Assembly: GCA_035403785.1 (NCBI GenBank)
Contig: DAONFW010000001.1
Location: forward strand, 21,595-85,594
Origin: Minisyncoccota bacterium
Lineage (GTDB): Bacteria; Patescibacteriota; Minisyncoccia; Phycocordibacterales; UBA9973
Reading direction: 5' to 3'
Length of the DNA: 64,000 nucleotides
The position numbers and the translations under genes are program-made. The notes beneath the pieces were generated by a model. It ran no database searches. It had not been told where the DNA came from and worked only from the letters and a program-made list of their open reading frames with translations. Shown here piece by piece: positions 11,254 to 21,841 of the stretch (position 1 is its first letter; each line of letters starts with the position of its first letter).

Positions 11254-11266
11254 TTATTATTTTATC

Positions 11267-11854
11267 TTATTTTATTTCAATTCTTCCTGTTGGATAAATA
11301 TCTATATGTGAAACTGCAGAATGATCAGCTGAGGAAACATAAATATCAACAAAAGAAAAACCGGAACAACTTCCATTCGAAGACGTAGAAACAAAAGCAG
11401 TAGAATCCGGACGTTCAAAGACAACATTTACATCATTTGTCTGACCAGAGCAACTCCCCCCGTTTATATTTATATCTTTAATAAAACTCTGTTTGGTTAT
11501 TTTTATGACATCTAACCCTTCTCCTGATTCATAGCTTTTATTATCATTAAAATCCGCAAAAGGAATAAATTGCTGGTTATCTGATAAACTAAAATAAACA
11601 CCGTAAGCTGGTTTATCGTCAAACGAACCGAGAGTTGATAATTTTCCAGCCATAGCGCTTTTCTGAGCATCCACAATTTGCAACGCTATATCGTTTGCTA
11701 GATTTTTTATTTCAACTTTTGCCTCAAATTTTCTATAGTCAAACAAACTAATTGCTGACATGATAGAAAAAATACTCAAAACTACAATGAGCTCAACATA
11801 AGTCATGCCCTTTCTGAATTTCGCTTTTTTAAATTTTTTAAAATTAAAACTCAT
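11267..11854 (-). CDS. Minor pilin, FimT/FimU-like
   Basis: GMTYVELIVVL prepilin motif. Confidence 0.82.
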   Translation of the reverse strand: MSFNFKKFKKAKFRKGMTYVELIVVLSIFSIMSAISLFDYRKFEAKVEIKNLANDIALQIVDAQKSAMAGKLSTLGSFDDKPAYGVYFSLSDNQQFIPFADFNDNKSYESGEGLDVIKITKQSFIKDININGGSCSGQTNDVNVVFERPDSTAFVSTSSNGSCSGFSFVDIYVSSADHSAVSHIDIYPTGRIEIK

Positions 11855-11862
11855 TTTTTAAA

Positions 11863-12657
11863 TTAAAAATTCAAAGGAAAAAGATGCAATTCAAAAAGAA
11901 ATGCCAAAACTGAACCGAGTACTAGAAATGGCGCAAATGGAATTTCGCTTTTTGCAGTATATTTCTTTTTTGAAAAAATCATTAAAACAACACCAAAAAT
12001 TGCTCCAATCCAAAATGCTAGAACAACGCCACTCAAAGCTCTAGACAAACCAAGCATCCAGCCAATTCCAACCATTAATTTTGCATCTCCAAGCCCCATC
12101 CATTTTCCTTTTGAAACTAACCAAAAAATTGCGAACGGAGCAGCCACTATAATTCCTGACAAAAATTCCCAAACAGAAGGAATATGCGGATAAAAACCAA
12201 AACCAGCAAACAAGAATAATCCAATAAAAGATAAAATAGCCAAAACCAAAACCAAAGAATCTGGAATTATTTTATGACGCAAATCGTATACAGCGATTAC
12301 CATCAAAAGAGAAAACATCGTTGCATAAAAAGCCATCGTGATTGAAAAAGCGCCAGTACTCAAAAAAAATAAATTTTCAAATTTCAAAAACAAACCGGCA
12401 AAAAATAGTCCTGTTAGAAATTCAACAATCGGATACTGTTTGGAAATTCTAGTTTTACAGCCAGCGCATCTTCCCTTCAAATACAAAAAACTAAAAACCG
12501 GAATCAATTCATGCCAGTTTAATTTTTTGCCACAAGTCATACACTTACTCCTTCCCCCAAAAGACTTGTGTGTATTTAGTCTAAAGATTACAACATTCAA
12601 AAAACTTCCAATAATAAGACCAAAAATAAAGAAAAATATGGTGATAGCTAATGTCAT
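11863..12657 (-). CDS. pilD: Prepilin peptidase
   Basis: GSFLNVVIFR, two CxxC pairs, MGLGDAKL, IPFAPFL. Confidence 0.95.
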   Translation of the reverse strand: MTLAITIFFFIFGLIIGSFLNVVIFRLNTHKSFGGRSKCMTCGKKLNWHELIPVFSFLYLKGRCAGCKTRISKQYPIVEFLTGLFFAGLFLKFENLFFLSTGAFSITMAFYATMFSLLMVIAVYDLRHKIIPDSLVLVLAILSFIGLFLFAGFGFYPHIPSVWEFLSGIIVAAPFAIFWLVSKGKWMGLGDAKLMVGIGWMLGLSRALSGVVLAFWIGAIFGVVLMIFSKKKYTAKSEIPFAPFLVLGSVLAFLFELHLFPLNF

Positions 12658-12677
12658 AAATTATTTTGTTAAATTAA

Positions 12678-12720
12678 TCCCGACGCTTTCAGGTCGGGAC
12701 TCCGACTTTACGTCGGGGTT
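12678..12720. repeat. REP-like tandem hairpins (TCCCGAC..GTCGGGA, CTCCGAC..GTCGGGG)
   Basis: Two adjacent GC-rich palindromes in an AT-rich intergenic region. Confidence 0.5.
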
Positions 12721-12910
12721 AATAAACTCTATATATTATATCATCCCGTACGAAAATTACTATCAAGTATGCGGTAATAAAATTAATATAATTAACTGAG
12801 ACAAAAATACCAACTATAACCAAAATATATTTTTGTTCGGGATCACATAAGCCCAAAACAAAAACCACCCAATTTGATTGGATGGTTTTTGAATAAGTTT
12901 TTTAATACAA

Positions 12911-13309
12911 TTAACAACTTTCACCAGTTTGAGACGTGAACTCTGCTCCACTAGGGGTAATAGTAACTGTACCACATTTTTCAGCAACCCCTGCATTAGC
13001 TGGTGAAGCCGTAAATGCCCAATCTCCACTTCCCGTAGCACCACAAATTTCAGGTTGACTTCCATCATGATTTGCTACCCAAGCTGCACCGGTCAAATTA
13101 TTTGTGTTTGCTGGCAATGTCAAAGCTCCATCATCACATTGAGAAATGAAACCTGGGGCAACTCCTGAAGCTTCTGCTTTAAATGCAGCAACTTGTGCCT
13201 TTCCTCTTGCACTATTAAGTGATGCCAAAACAACTGATGACAAAATTCCGATGATTGCGATAACAACCAACAATTCAATTAATGTAAAACCTTTTTTTGA
13301 ATTTTTCAT
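12911..13309 (-). CDS. Major type IV pilin
   Basis: GFTLIELLVVIAIIGILSSVVLASLNSAR; own TATAAT upstream and a terminator hairpin at about 12860..12890. Confidence 0.92.
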   Translation of the reverse strand: MKNSKKGFTLIELLVVIAIIGILSSVVLASLNSARGKAQVAAFKAEASGVAPGFISQCDDGALTLPANTNNLTGAAWVANHDGSQPEICGATGSGDWAFTASPANAGVAEKCGTVTITPSGAEFTSQTGESC

Positions 13310-13445
13310 TTATTTTTTTCTCGTTAAACGAGATTTTTATTATTAATAATTTATAATTTTTATCTGCATATTTCTCGGCAGATATCGACTTATTTTTACT
13401 GTTTCTATTATATCATAGCTACAAATATAAACTGTGGAAATCTTT

Positions 13446-14651
13446 TTAAGCTATTCCACCAGCAATATTGTAAATAGGCATCAAGATAGAAACCAAAAGA
13501 ATACCAACGCCGACACCAAGGAAAATAATCATGAACGGCTCGATCAAACCAACCAAAGTGTCTACAGCGCCATCTACTTCTCTTTTATAGAAATCTCCCA
13601 TTGTTTTCAAAATAGAACCAAGAGAACCTGTTTCTTCTCCTACTTTTACCATCTGAGTCATCATATTTGGTATTTCTGGATGTTTTTCTAATGCAGCAGA
13701 AAAAGAAAGTCCCGACTTAACTCCTTCGGCTGTATCTTTCAAAACTCTTTGGAACACTTTGTTCCCTACAACTTCTCCTGTGATATCAATAGCGCGAACA
13801 ATCGGAATACCTGAAGTGAGCATTGTGTCCATGTTGTCAGCCATTCGAGACAAATAAAGTTTTTGGTACAAATCTCCAATTGCCGGCAAACTGAGTTTCA
13901 TTTTATCTAAATATTCTTTGCCTCTTTCTGTTGCAGAAAGTCTCCAAAGCCAAATTCCACCTAATGCCAAGAAAATTACAATGATAAATCCGTAATTCAT
14001 AAAGAAATTAGAAAGGCCGATTATCAGCTTAGTAAAGAACGGCACAGCTTGTCCTGACTCATTAATGATTGCGGACATTTTTGGTATAACCACAACGAAC
14101 ATTAAAATCATAACAGCGATAAAAGTGAAAATAACAAATATTGGATAGATCAAAGCATTTCTAGTTTTTGAAGTTAAGGCATACTGTCTGTCCAAATAAT
14201 CTGCTAAGTGATTAAAAGTTTGATTTAACTTTCCTGTCTCTTCTCCAGCTTTTACTAAGTTTACATAAAAATCAGAAAAAACGTCTGGGTGTTTTGACAA
14301 AGCACCAGAAATAGAAACTCCAGCCTGCAAATCATCGCTAATTTGAGTTAATTTTCTTTTTAAAATTTTATTTTCTGTATTTGCAGCAAGTAAAGTAAAA
14401 GCCTTTAATGCAGACACTTGCGCTTCGAACAAAGTAGCAATCTGCCTAGACAAAACTACAACATCTTTCGTTTTTACTTTTCCAAATAAAGATTTTTTAA
14501 ATATCGGCGTTTTTTCTCCTTCTTCTTTTATTCCAACAACAATCAAGCCTCTTCCCTGCAGACCACTTATCGCAACGTCTCTACTTGGAGCGTCTATTTG
14601 TCCCTCTCTATTTATTCCTTTTTCATCTACTGCTTTATATTTGAATAACAT
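13446..14651 (-). CDS. pilC: Type IV pilus platform protein (T2SS-F family)
   Basis: Two T2SSF domains (GEETGKL, GEETGSL), LIEP. Confidence 0.93.
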   Translation of the reverse strand: MLFKYKAVDEKGINREGQIDAPSRDVAISGLQGRGLIVVGIKEEGEKTPIFKKSLFGKVKTKDVVVLSRQIATLFEAQVSALKAFTLLAANTENKILKRKLTQISDDLQAGVSISGALSKHPDVFSDFYVNLVKAGEETGKLNQTFNHLADYLDRQYALTSKTRNALIYPIFVIFTFIAVMILMFVVVIPKMSAIINESGQAVPFFTKLIIGLSNFFMNYGFIIVIFLALGGIWLWRLSATERGKEYLDKMKLSLPAIGDLYQKLYLSRMADNMDTMLTSGIPIVRAIDITGEVVGNKVFQRVLKDTAEGVKSGLSFSAALEKHPEIPNMMTQMVKVGEETGSLGSILKTMGDFYKREVDGAVDTLVGLIEPFMIIFLGVGVGILLVSILMPIYNIAGGIA

Positions 14652-14657
14652 ATTTTT

Positions 14658-15716
14658 TTACATCATTCTTTCTAATCCTTTTGGATTGAGAGAATACTGA
14701 TAAGCGCTTTCAATAGTAATTTCCCCTGCTCTAACTAACTCCATGAGAGATCTGTTCAAGTCTATCATTCCAGATTCTGTACCAGTTTCTATCACTACAT
14801 CAATTTCATGAGTCCTTTTTTCACGAATCAAGTTTGCTACAGCATTATTATTTAGTAGAAGCTCATATGCTGGAATAAGGCCACCCCCAATTTTTGGAAC
14901 AAGTCTTTGTGAAAAAATTCCCAGCAAACTGGATGCCAACTGAACTCTAATTTGGTCTTGCTGTTCACCCGGAAAAGAATCGATAATTCTGTCGATTGTT
15001 TGAGAAGCATTATTTGTATGCAAAGTTGAAAGCACTAAGTGTCCAGTTTCAGCCGCAGTAACCGCAGCGGAAATTGTTTCTGGATTTCGCATTTCACCGA
15101 TCATGATTACGTTCATGTCTTCACGAAAAGCCGATTTGAGCGCAACGTGAAAATCTTTTGTATCTATTCCAACTTCTCTTTGGTCAATTATAGATTTCTT
15201 CGGTTCATAAACGTGCTCAATAGGATCTTCTATAGTAACAATATGTCTTGTCTGTTCTTCGTTTATCAAATTTATCATTGAAGACAAGGTAGTAGATTTT
15301 CCTTGTCCTACTGGACCTACGCACAAAAAGAATCCTTGCTTCTTCCTAGCCAAATCAGCAATAATGTTTGGTAAATGCAATTCAGATAGTGGCCTTACTT
15401 TTGGCACCAATCTCAAAGCAATACTAATCAAACCTTTTTGGAAAAAAGCATTTCCTCTCAATCTTGCTTCTCCTCTAAAATCATAAGAAAAATCTAATTC
15501 TTGGTCTTCTAAAAATTTATTTAACTTTTTCTCATCTAAAATTTCTTTCAAAATACCCAACATGTCTTCTTTTGAAAAGATTGGATGCTTTACCAAAAAA
15601 ATAAGTTCACCCGAAACACGAATAGCTGGATTTCTCCCAGCACCGATATGCAAATCAGACCCACCTTCCCTGATGACTGTTAAAATTAATTCTTCGAGTT
15701 CTTTTTTGTAGTCCAT
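14658..15716 (-). CDS. pilT: Type IV pilus retraction ATPase
   Basis: SDLHI, Walker A GPVGQGKST, TIEDPIE, AAETGHLVLSTLH, VANLIRE. Confidence 0.93.
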   Translation of the reverse strand: MDYKKELEELILTVIREGGSDLHIGAGRNPAIRVSGELIFLVKHPIFSKEDMLGILKEILDEKKLNKFLEDQELDFSYDFRGEARLRGNAFFQKGLISIALRLVPKVRPLSELHLPNIIADLARKKQGFFLCVGPVGQGKSTTLSSMINLINEEQTRHIVTIEDPIEHVYEPKKSIIDQREVGIDTKDFHVALKSAFREDMNVIMIGEMRNPETISAAVTAAETGHLVLSTLHTNNASQTIDRIIDSFPGEQQDQIRVQLASSLLGIFSQRLVPKIGGGLIPAYELLLNNNAVANLIREKRTHEIDVVIETGTESGMIDLNRSLMELVRAGEITIESAYQYSLNPKGLERMM

Positions 15717-15797
15717 CCCGTTAGAAATTTATATTAATTAATAATTACTAAACTAGTATACCCCCGTTTTCAATCTTTTTGTTATTTCTAACGGGAT
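15715..15797. repeat. 83-bp unit bounded by 14-bp perfect inverted repeats ATCCCGTTAGAAAT (MITE/REP-like)
   Basis: 15715..15728 is the reverse complement of 15784..15797. Confidence 0.6.
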
Positions 15798-15805
15798 ACA
15801 TTTTT

Positions 15806-16198
15806 TTATTTGTGTTTTTCTTCAAAAATTTTAATAACTTGAGCAATAACTTCAACTGGTGTTGAATTTGCCTTCACTATATAACCAGAAGCCCCTAACT
15901 TTATTCCCTCTTCTATATCAGAATGCTGACCTTTATTTGAAAGAATTACCCTAACAGAATTTACTGCTAAATTTCCTTCATTTATTTTCTTTAACATTTC
16001 AAAACCATCCATTCCCGGCATGATAATGTCTGTCAAAAGGATATCTGGCGAAAGGCCACCTTTTAACCTTTCCAAGGCTTGTTCCGCGCCTGAAGCAGTA
16101 TGAACTTCAAATCCGTTCTGGCTGAACTTCAACGCATACATATCTAAAAGAAAAGTATCATCATCAACTATTAAAATTTTTCTTTTTTCTCCTTCCAT
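15806..16198 (-). CDS. Single-domain response regulator
   Basis: ILIVDDD, TDIIMPGMDG, YIVK. Confidence 0.92.
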   Translation of the reverse strand: MEGEKRKILIVDDDTFLLDMYALKFSQNGFEVHTASGAEQALERLKGGLSPDILLTDIIMPGMDGFEMLKKINEGNLAVNSVRVILSNKGQHSDIEEGIKLGASGYIVKANSTPVEVIAQVIKIFEEKHK

Positions 16199-16245
16199 AT
16201 TTTTATTATACTACTTAAAAAAACCTTTGTTAATTAGTAAAAATA

Positions 16246-18000
16246 TTATTCATTTTCATTGGTAAAATTGTATACTTCTCTAGTTGGAATTATTCCGTTA
16301 ACTGCTTTCAGTATTGCATCTTCACGCATCGTGAGCATTCCTTTCTTTCTTGCAACTTTGTAAATTTCAGAATCAGTTGGATTCTTCAAAATTGTATCTT
16401 GCATCTCTTTATCTATCTTAAACATTTCAAAAACAGCAATACGGCCACTGGTACCACTTGGATATCCAGCCGAAGGAACTGTTTCGTACATTTCATTTTT
16501 AATTTCAATAGTTTTTCTGTATTCTTCTGGAAGATCTTTGATTTGCTCTTCTATTTGCGCTTTGATACTTGGATCTATCGGAACAAGTTTTCTAGATTCC
16601 GGCACAGTCATTTGTGCCAACCTTTGTGCTACAGACAAAATCAAAGTAGGCGCTATCAAATATGGATCAACACCCATATCTACAAGTCTCGGCACAGCAC
16701 CAATTGCATTGTTAGTATGCAAAGTTGAAAGCACTAAATGTCCAGTCAAAGCGGCTTGAATAGCAAGTTGCGCGGTTTCTTTATCGCGGATTTCTCCTAC
16801 CATGATCACATCTGGATCTTGTCTCAAAATAGAACGCAAACCAGAAGCAAAAGTATAACCAATTTCTGGCATCATCTGTGATTGGTTTATATCCGGCATG
16901 TGATATTCGACAGGATCTTCCAAAGAAACTATGTTCAATTTATCTTTATCCAATTCATTCATCATTGAATAAAGTGTTGTAGATTTTCCGGAACCAGTCG
17001 GACCAGTAATAAGAATTAAACCATATGGTTTCTTTATTGCTTCACGTACCATTTCTAAATTTTTTCCCGAAAGTCCAAGCTGATCGAGTGGCTTAACTCC
17101 TTTTTCTGAATCAAGAATACGCAAAACAACTTTTTCACCATAATAAGCCGGCATCGTAGAAACACGGAAATCTATTTTTCTTCCTTCTACAATATTCGCG
17201 CTAAAAGATCCGTCTTGTGGTTTTCTTTTTTCGTCAAGACGTAACTTTGCAAGAATTTTTATTCTGGCAACTATTCCACTGTGTATGGCTGGCGGCAAAA
17301 CAATAGTAGTATGCAAAATTCCATCAACACGATAACGAACTTTTACATTTTCTCCAGTGTGCTCAATATGAATATCAGAAGCATTTCCTTCAATAGCATT
17401 TCGTAAAATAACAGCAACGATTTTTATAACCGGTGCATCTTCTACAATTTTTTGAGCACCTTCAGCACCAGCTTCTTTGATGTCTTTACTTAAAGCGGAA
17501 GCTTCACTCATGGCTTTTATATCTTCTTCCTCTGCTTTAGCAAATTCGTCTACTGCTTCCCCTACTTCTGTAGACATTCCCTTATAATTTTCTAGTATCT
17601 CATTGTAATTACTTTTAGTAATCAAAAATAATTTAAAAGGCAAACCGGATTTTGCAGAAATAAACTGCAAAGCATCTGTCGCTTGAATATTTTCTGGATT
17701 TAATATACCAACTTCCAAAACACCTTCAGTGTAACCAATCGGTACAAAACCATAATGTTTCGCAGAATCTTCAGGAATATATTTAAAAATATCAAAAGGC
17801 AATCTTTTCGTACTTACTTTCTTAATAGGCATAGAAAAATATTCTCCTTTGATTTCTAGCAGTTTATCTTCTGGCAAACCCAAATCAATTAGAGCTTTGT
17901 CTAAATCTCCTTTGTATTTTTCATTGACGCGATTTTTTATCTCACCAAGCTGGCTTTCGTCAATTAAACCTTTTTGTACTAAATATTCTAAAAAACTCAT
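16246..18000 (-). CDS. pilB: Type IV pilus assembly ATPase (PilB/GspE)
   Basis: ASDIHIE, GPTGSGKSTT, LRQDPDVIMVGEIRD. Confidence 0.94.
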   Translation of the reverse strand: MSFLEYLVQKGLIDESQLGEIKNRVNEKYKGDLDKALIDLGLPEDKLLEIKGEYFSMPIKKVSTKRLPFDIFKYIPEDSAKHYGFVPIGYTEGVLEVGILNPENIQATDALQFISAKSGLPFKLFLITKSNYNEILENYKGMSTEVGEAVDEFAKAEEEDIKAMSEASALSKDIKEAGAEGAQKIVEDAPVIKIVAVILRNAIEGNASDIHIEHTGENVKVRYRVDGILHTTIVLPPAIHSGIVARIKILAKLRLDEKRKPQDGSFSANIVEGRKIDFRVSTMPAYYGEKVVLRILDSEKGVKPLDQLGLSGKNLEMVREAIKKPYGLILITGPTGSGKSTTLYSMMNELDKDKLNIVSLEDPVEYHMPDINQSQMMPEIGYTFASGLRSILRQDPDVIMVGEIRDKETAQLAIQAALTGHLVLSTLHTNNAIGAVPRLVDMGVDPYLIAPTLILSVAQRLAQMTVPESRKLVPIDPSIKAQIEEQIKDLPEEYRKTIEIKNEMYETVPSAGYPSGTSGRIAVFEMFKIDKEMQDTILKNPTDSEIYKVARKKGMLTMREDAILKAVNGIIPTREVYNFTNENE

Positions 18001-18002
18001 AA

Positions 18003-18530
18003 TTAATTATTCGCAGGTGTTGTCGGGGTTGTTGTATTTGTTTGAGTAGTTGAAGTTGGCGCAGTAGAAGCAGAAGAAGTATTGCCGGAATTTTCTACAG
18101 TTGGCATGGTTGGTGTTGCGCTTGGTGTTGTATTCAAATTTGTTTCTGTAGTAGTAGTTGGAACTAAATTATTAGGAGAACTTACTGGTGTAATATCAGT
18201 TCCAAGAGGAGCAAAAGGATTCGGTCTTCCTTCTGTACCATCAGAAACTAATTCTATAGTTGAGTCACGAAGAGATAAGAAAGCTGGATCAGAAAAAATA
18301 GAATCATCAATTTTTATATTTCTGACATTTAGCAAAACAGACAAAAAGTTTTTACTGACATCTTCGTTTTCACTTTGAGTTGTATTTATAGTAGCAGTAG
18401 TTGCAACTGTGCCACCAGTCGTTGAAACCAAAGAAGCTTCTTCTGGGCTCTTTTTGAAAACAAAGAAATATACCAAAACTAGTACCACTAGAATTCCTAC
18501 GAATATTAAAATGTTTTTTATCTTTGCCAT
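18003..18530 (-). CDS. Membrane-anchored pilus accessory protein (PilP position), Thr/Ser-rich tail
   Basis: N-terminal TM helix, GRPNPF motif, downstream of pilO. Confidence 0.55.
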   Translation of the reverse strand: MAKIKNILIFVGILVVLVLVYFFVFKKSPEEASLVSTTGGTVATTATINTTQSENEDVSKNFLSVLLNVRNIKIDDSIFSDPAFLSLRDSTIELVSDGTEGRPNPFAPLGTDITPVSSPNNLVPTTTTETNLNTTPSATPTMPTVENSGNTSSASTAPTSTTQTNTTTPTTPANN

Positions 18531-18531
18531 A

Positions 18532-19131
18532 TTAATTCTTCAGCCAATAAGTTTTAATTTTAAATGTATATTTGTAATTATTAGATGGTTGTGTTGCTGC
18601 TAATCCTGTTCCTGTTTTAGAAGAAAATTCTACAGAAGAAATATCAACAATTCTTAAATTCTTTTCCAAATCTTTTACAAAGTTTAAGAAATCAAAGTAA
18701 CTTCCCTGTGTAGAAAATTCCAATTCCCAAGTGCCGTATTCTTTATTATTTTCTTCTGCTGTAGCTGTCTTTGCATTTTTCAAAGCTAAAGTAGTATCTT
18801 CTTCTTGGGTTTTTGTGTCATATTTAACATCTTTTAAGACCATACCATATGGGATTGCAAGCTTTTCTATTTCAAGAATCAAACGAATATTATCCACACT
18901 ATCAGGTAACATTCTTTCTAATTTAACTAAATTATTTCTATCAATAGAATTGTACTGCTGAGTTAATTTATCTCTTTCAGCTTCGAGCGATTTGGAATTA
19001 TTAAGAGCTTCGTTATATGAATCTACTTGGTCTTTCAATGCAACGACTTCTTTGTAATATGGATTAGTAAAAAAGAAAAAACCAGCTACTGAGATTCCTA
19101 CTAAAATGATTGGTGATAAAAATCTAAACAT
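18532..19131 (-). CDS. pilO: Type IV pilus alignment protein PilO
   Basis: TM + coiled coil + GSYFDFLNFVKDLEKNLRIVDI; gene order M-N-O. Confidence 0.8.
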   Translation of the reverse strand: MFRFLSPIILVGISVAGFFFFTNPYYKEVVALKDQVDSYNEALNNSKSLEAERDKLTQQYNSIDRNNLVKLERMLPDSVDNIRLILEIEKLAIPYGMVLKDVKYDTKTQEEDTTLALKNAKTATAEENNKEYGTWELEFSTQGSYFDFLNFVKDLEKNLRIVDISSVEFSSKTGTGLAATQPSNNYKYTFKIKTYWLKN

Positions 19132-19145
19132 AAAATTTAAATTAA

Positions 19146-19817
19146 TTAACTTTGCACAGGCATAGTCTGATTGCCTGTATTCTCTTGAGTAGTTCCAGAA
19201 GTTACTTCAGTTTCGCTCAAAAGCATTTGTTTATAATCCACAAAATTTGGGTCGACCGAAAATTCCAAATCGAAAAGCACATTTCCTTTGTCGTCTAATT
19301 TAAGGTTTGAGAAAGTAGGATCAATTATATTTTTATTTTCTGCCAACAAATCAGCCTGGAGCGCAATTGATCTATACCCTATTGCCTGTCCACTCATGAT
19401 AACGTTTATCAATTTAGAATTTTTTTCTGTACCAAATGAGTAATTAAAATCTGTGTAACGAATCGTCTTCATCGTGCTTTCTTGCAAAGTTTCAAAAATT
19501 GGAGAAATCGCGATGTGTTTAGTTAAAATCTGATCAGAAGCTGAAAGTCTTTTTCCTAATACTTGCAATTGATTTATTTTAGCTGGTTCAAAACGTTCTT
19601 GTGCCAAAGCTAAATTGGCAGACATTTCTGTAATATTTTTTTGCAACATGCTTTTGTACAAATACAAACCGCCCGTTGCTAGAACAACTGCTAAAAATAT
19701 AAAAATAGAAATCAAAGTTAAAATACTAACCGGTCTTCTTGGGCGCGCAGTTTCTGTCCGCTCTTCTGTTACGATCGGTTTTTTAGGTATGAATGATGTT
19801 TGAAAATTTTGTTCCAT
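19146..19817 (-). CDS. pilN: Type IV pilus alignment protein, PilN-like
   Basis: TM + coiled coil; lies between pilM and pilO. Confidence 0.65.
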   Translation of the reverse strand: MEQNFQTSFIPKKPIVTEERTETARPRRPVSILTLISIFIFLAVVLATGGLYLYKSMLQKNITEMSANLALAQERFEPAKINQLQVLGKRLSASDQILTKHIAISPIFETLQESTMKTIRYTDFNYSFGTEKNSKLINVIMSGQAIGYRSIALQADLLAENKNIIDPTFSNLKLDDKGNVLFDLEFSVDPNFVDYKQMLLSETEVTSGTTQENTGNQTMPVQS

Positions 19818-19839
19818 ACTTCTACTTCTATTATCTCAT

Positions 19840-20967
19840 TTATTGTAATTTTCGTAAAGCCAAACCTATGGCAACTGCGAATTCTGGGCCAGTTGCCTCA
19901 AGAACTTTGTCCAAAAATGCTGGGGCGCCAACTTTTGAAAACGGTTTCCCCACTACTACTTCTGCTTTAAAACTATTTGTAGCTATTTCTTTCAACCCTT
20001 TCATCAAAGCCCCACCGCCAGTCAAAATAACTTTACTAATAGTCCTTCCGTATTTTTTTTCATAGCCAAGCAAGACATCATTCGTTTCAGCAATAATATA
20101 ATCTGTATGCAATTTTATTATTTCCGGCAAAGTTTTTTCTATTGGATTATCGTAAAGGCCATATTCTTTTTTTAATTCTTCTGCTTTCGCAAACGGAATG
20201 CTCAAAGATTTTGAAATCGAATCTGTTATATCAGAGCCTCCCCTATTCACAGTATGAAAACTTTTTATTGTGCCAAATTCAACAATTGAAAGTTTGGTAC
20301 GCGATGCGCCAAAGTCCATTAGCAATACTGGTGAAAGTTCGTGTTCAAAATTTGATCGAATAGAAGAAAAAACTTCTACCTCAAAAAAATCTGTCTCTAA
20401 TTCTGCGCCTGAAACAATCGAGCGATATTTTGAGACTGCATCGTTCTGAATAGCTACAACTAGAACTTCTATTTTTTCAGCCACAACGATTGCGTCTGGA
20501 TTGTGTGATTCTGCAAATGATGGCTCTTTTTTTGGTAAGACAAAATAATCCAAAGAAACTTCGGTAATCGGCACTGGAATATACTTTCTTGCTTCTGTTT
20601 TTACAATCGCATCTATCTCGCTTTCTTTTATCTGAGCTGGGAGTTCGATAGTAAAAATCAAACTTGAAACAACCGGAATGGCTAATGCTGAATTTTTAGT
20701 AGTAACATTTGAATCTTTTAGAACTTCTTTCAGAGCTTCAATTATTTTTTCCGGCTGAAGACTTGTAACTCTTCCCATTTCTAATTCTGCGTACGGGCCT
20801 AAAGAGATCGCACCATAAGTTTCAAGCACAGCGCGCCCTTCTTTTTTCTTAATCTGCACAATTTTAATCATTGAAGAACCGATGTCGATTCCGACAGCGC
20901 TTTCACTAGAACCTCCTTTGAATATACCAGAAGCTGTATCTAAAATTTTCTTGAACGGATTATCCAT
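19840..20967 (-). CDS. pilM: Type IV pilus protein PilM
   Basis: Actin-like motifs VGIDIGSS, DFGASRT, LTGGGA, AVAIGLALR. Confidence 0.93.
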   Translation of the reverse strand: MDNPFKKILDTASGIFKGGSSESAVGIDIGSSMIKIVQIKKKEGRAVLETYGAISLGPYAELEMGRVTSLQPEKIIEALKEVLKDSNVTTKNSALAIPVVSSLIFTIELPAQIKESEIDAIVKTEARKYIPVPITEVSLDYFVLPKKEPSFAESHNPDAIVVAEKIEVLVVAIQNDAVSKYRSIVSGAELETDFFEVEVFSSIRSNFEHELSPVLLMDFGASRTKLSIVEFGTIKSFHTVNRGGSDITDSISKSLSIPFAKAEELKKEYGLYDNPIEKTLPEIIKLHTDYIIAETNDVLLGYEKKYGRTISKVILTGGGALMKGLKEIATNSFKAEVVVGKPFSKVGAPAFLDKVLEATGPEFAVAIGLALRKLQ

Positions 20968-21047
20968 CTTTAAATTAATTTAAAACTTTATTTATCTGTG
21001 TTAAAATACATCAGCATCCTTAATAGATTACTGTAATTATAACATAT

Positions 21048-21698
21048 ATGAGCTTTATAAACACCATATTAGACGTTATTTTTCCTGTGAATTGCGTTTC
21101 CTGCGGAAAACCAAGCGAAGAACTTTGCGCAATTTGTTTGAGAAAATTTCCTGAAAACAAAAACAATAATTCAGATTGGATATTTTCCCTTTTTGAATAT
21201 CAATATCCTTCTGTAAAAAAATCTATTTGGTTTTTAAAATATAAAAATAAAAAAAGACTTGCAAAAACCTTTGCAGAACTTTTGTATACTAAAATAGTAA
21301 GAGAATTGTCGAGTTTGCCAGAGCAAGAAAAATTTTCTAATCCCCTTCTAATGCCTATTCCGATTTCTGCAAAACGCAGACGCGAGCGCGGTTACAACCA
21401 AACAGAACTTTTGTGCCAAGAATTATTAAAATTAGATAGAGAGCGAATTTTAAGTTTAGAAAAAACTGTTTTGATCAAACCGAAAGAAACAGAACATCAA
21501 GCACAAATAAAAAACAAACAAGAAAGACTACAAAATATCGTCGGCACTTATTCGTTGAAAAACAGAGAAAAAATAAAAGACAGAAATATTATTCTAATAG
21601 ACGACGTCACTACAACCGGCGCAACACTAGAAGAAGCAAAAAAATTGTTAAAAAAATTTGAAGCAAAAAAAATTATTGCTTTTACAATTGCGCATTAA
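21048..21698 (+). CDS. comF: Competence protein ComF (zinc finger + PRTase domain)
   Basis: CxxC...CxxC, RGYNQ, LIDDVTTTGATL. Confidence 0.9.
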   Translation: MSFINTILDVIFPVNCVSCGKPSEELCAICLRKFPENKNNNSDWIFSLFEYQYPSVKKSIWFLKYKNKKRLAKTFAELLYTKIVRELSSLPEQEKFSNPLLMPIPISAKRRRERGYNQTELLCQELLKLDRERILSLEKTVLIKPKETEHQAQIKNKQERLQNIVGTYSLKNREKIKDRNIILIDDVTTTGATLEEAKKLLKKFEAKKIIAFTIAH

Positions 21699-21841
21699 AA
21701 TTACATATAAATATTTAAAATAAGTCAAGATATTAAAACCTTTAGAATCAAGGTTCAAATTACTTCCCTGCTATTTCCACAAATAATAACAACTTTTTTA
21801 AAATATAAAGATATAATTTAGTCAAACCAATTCTTTGTAAA

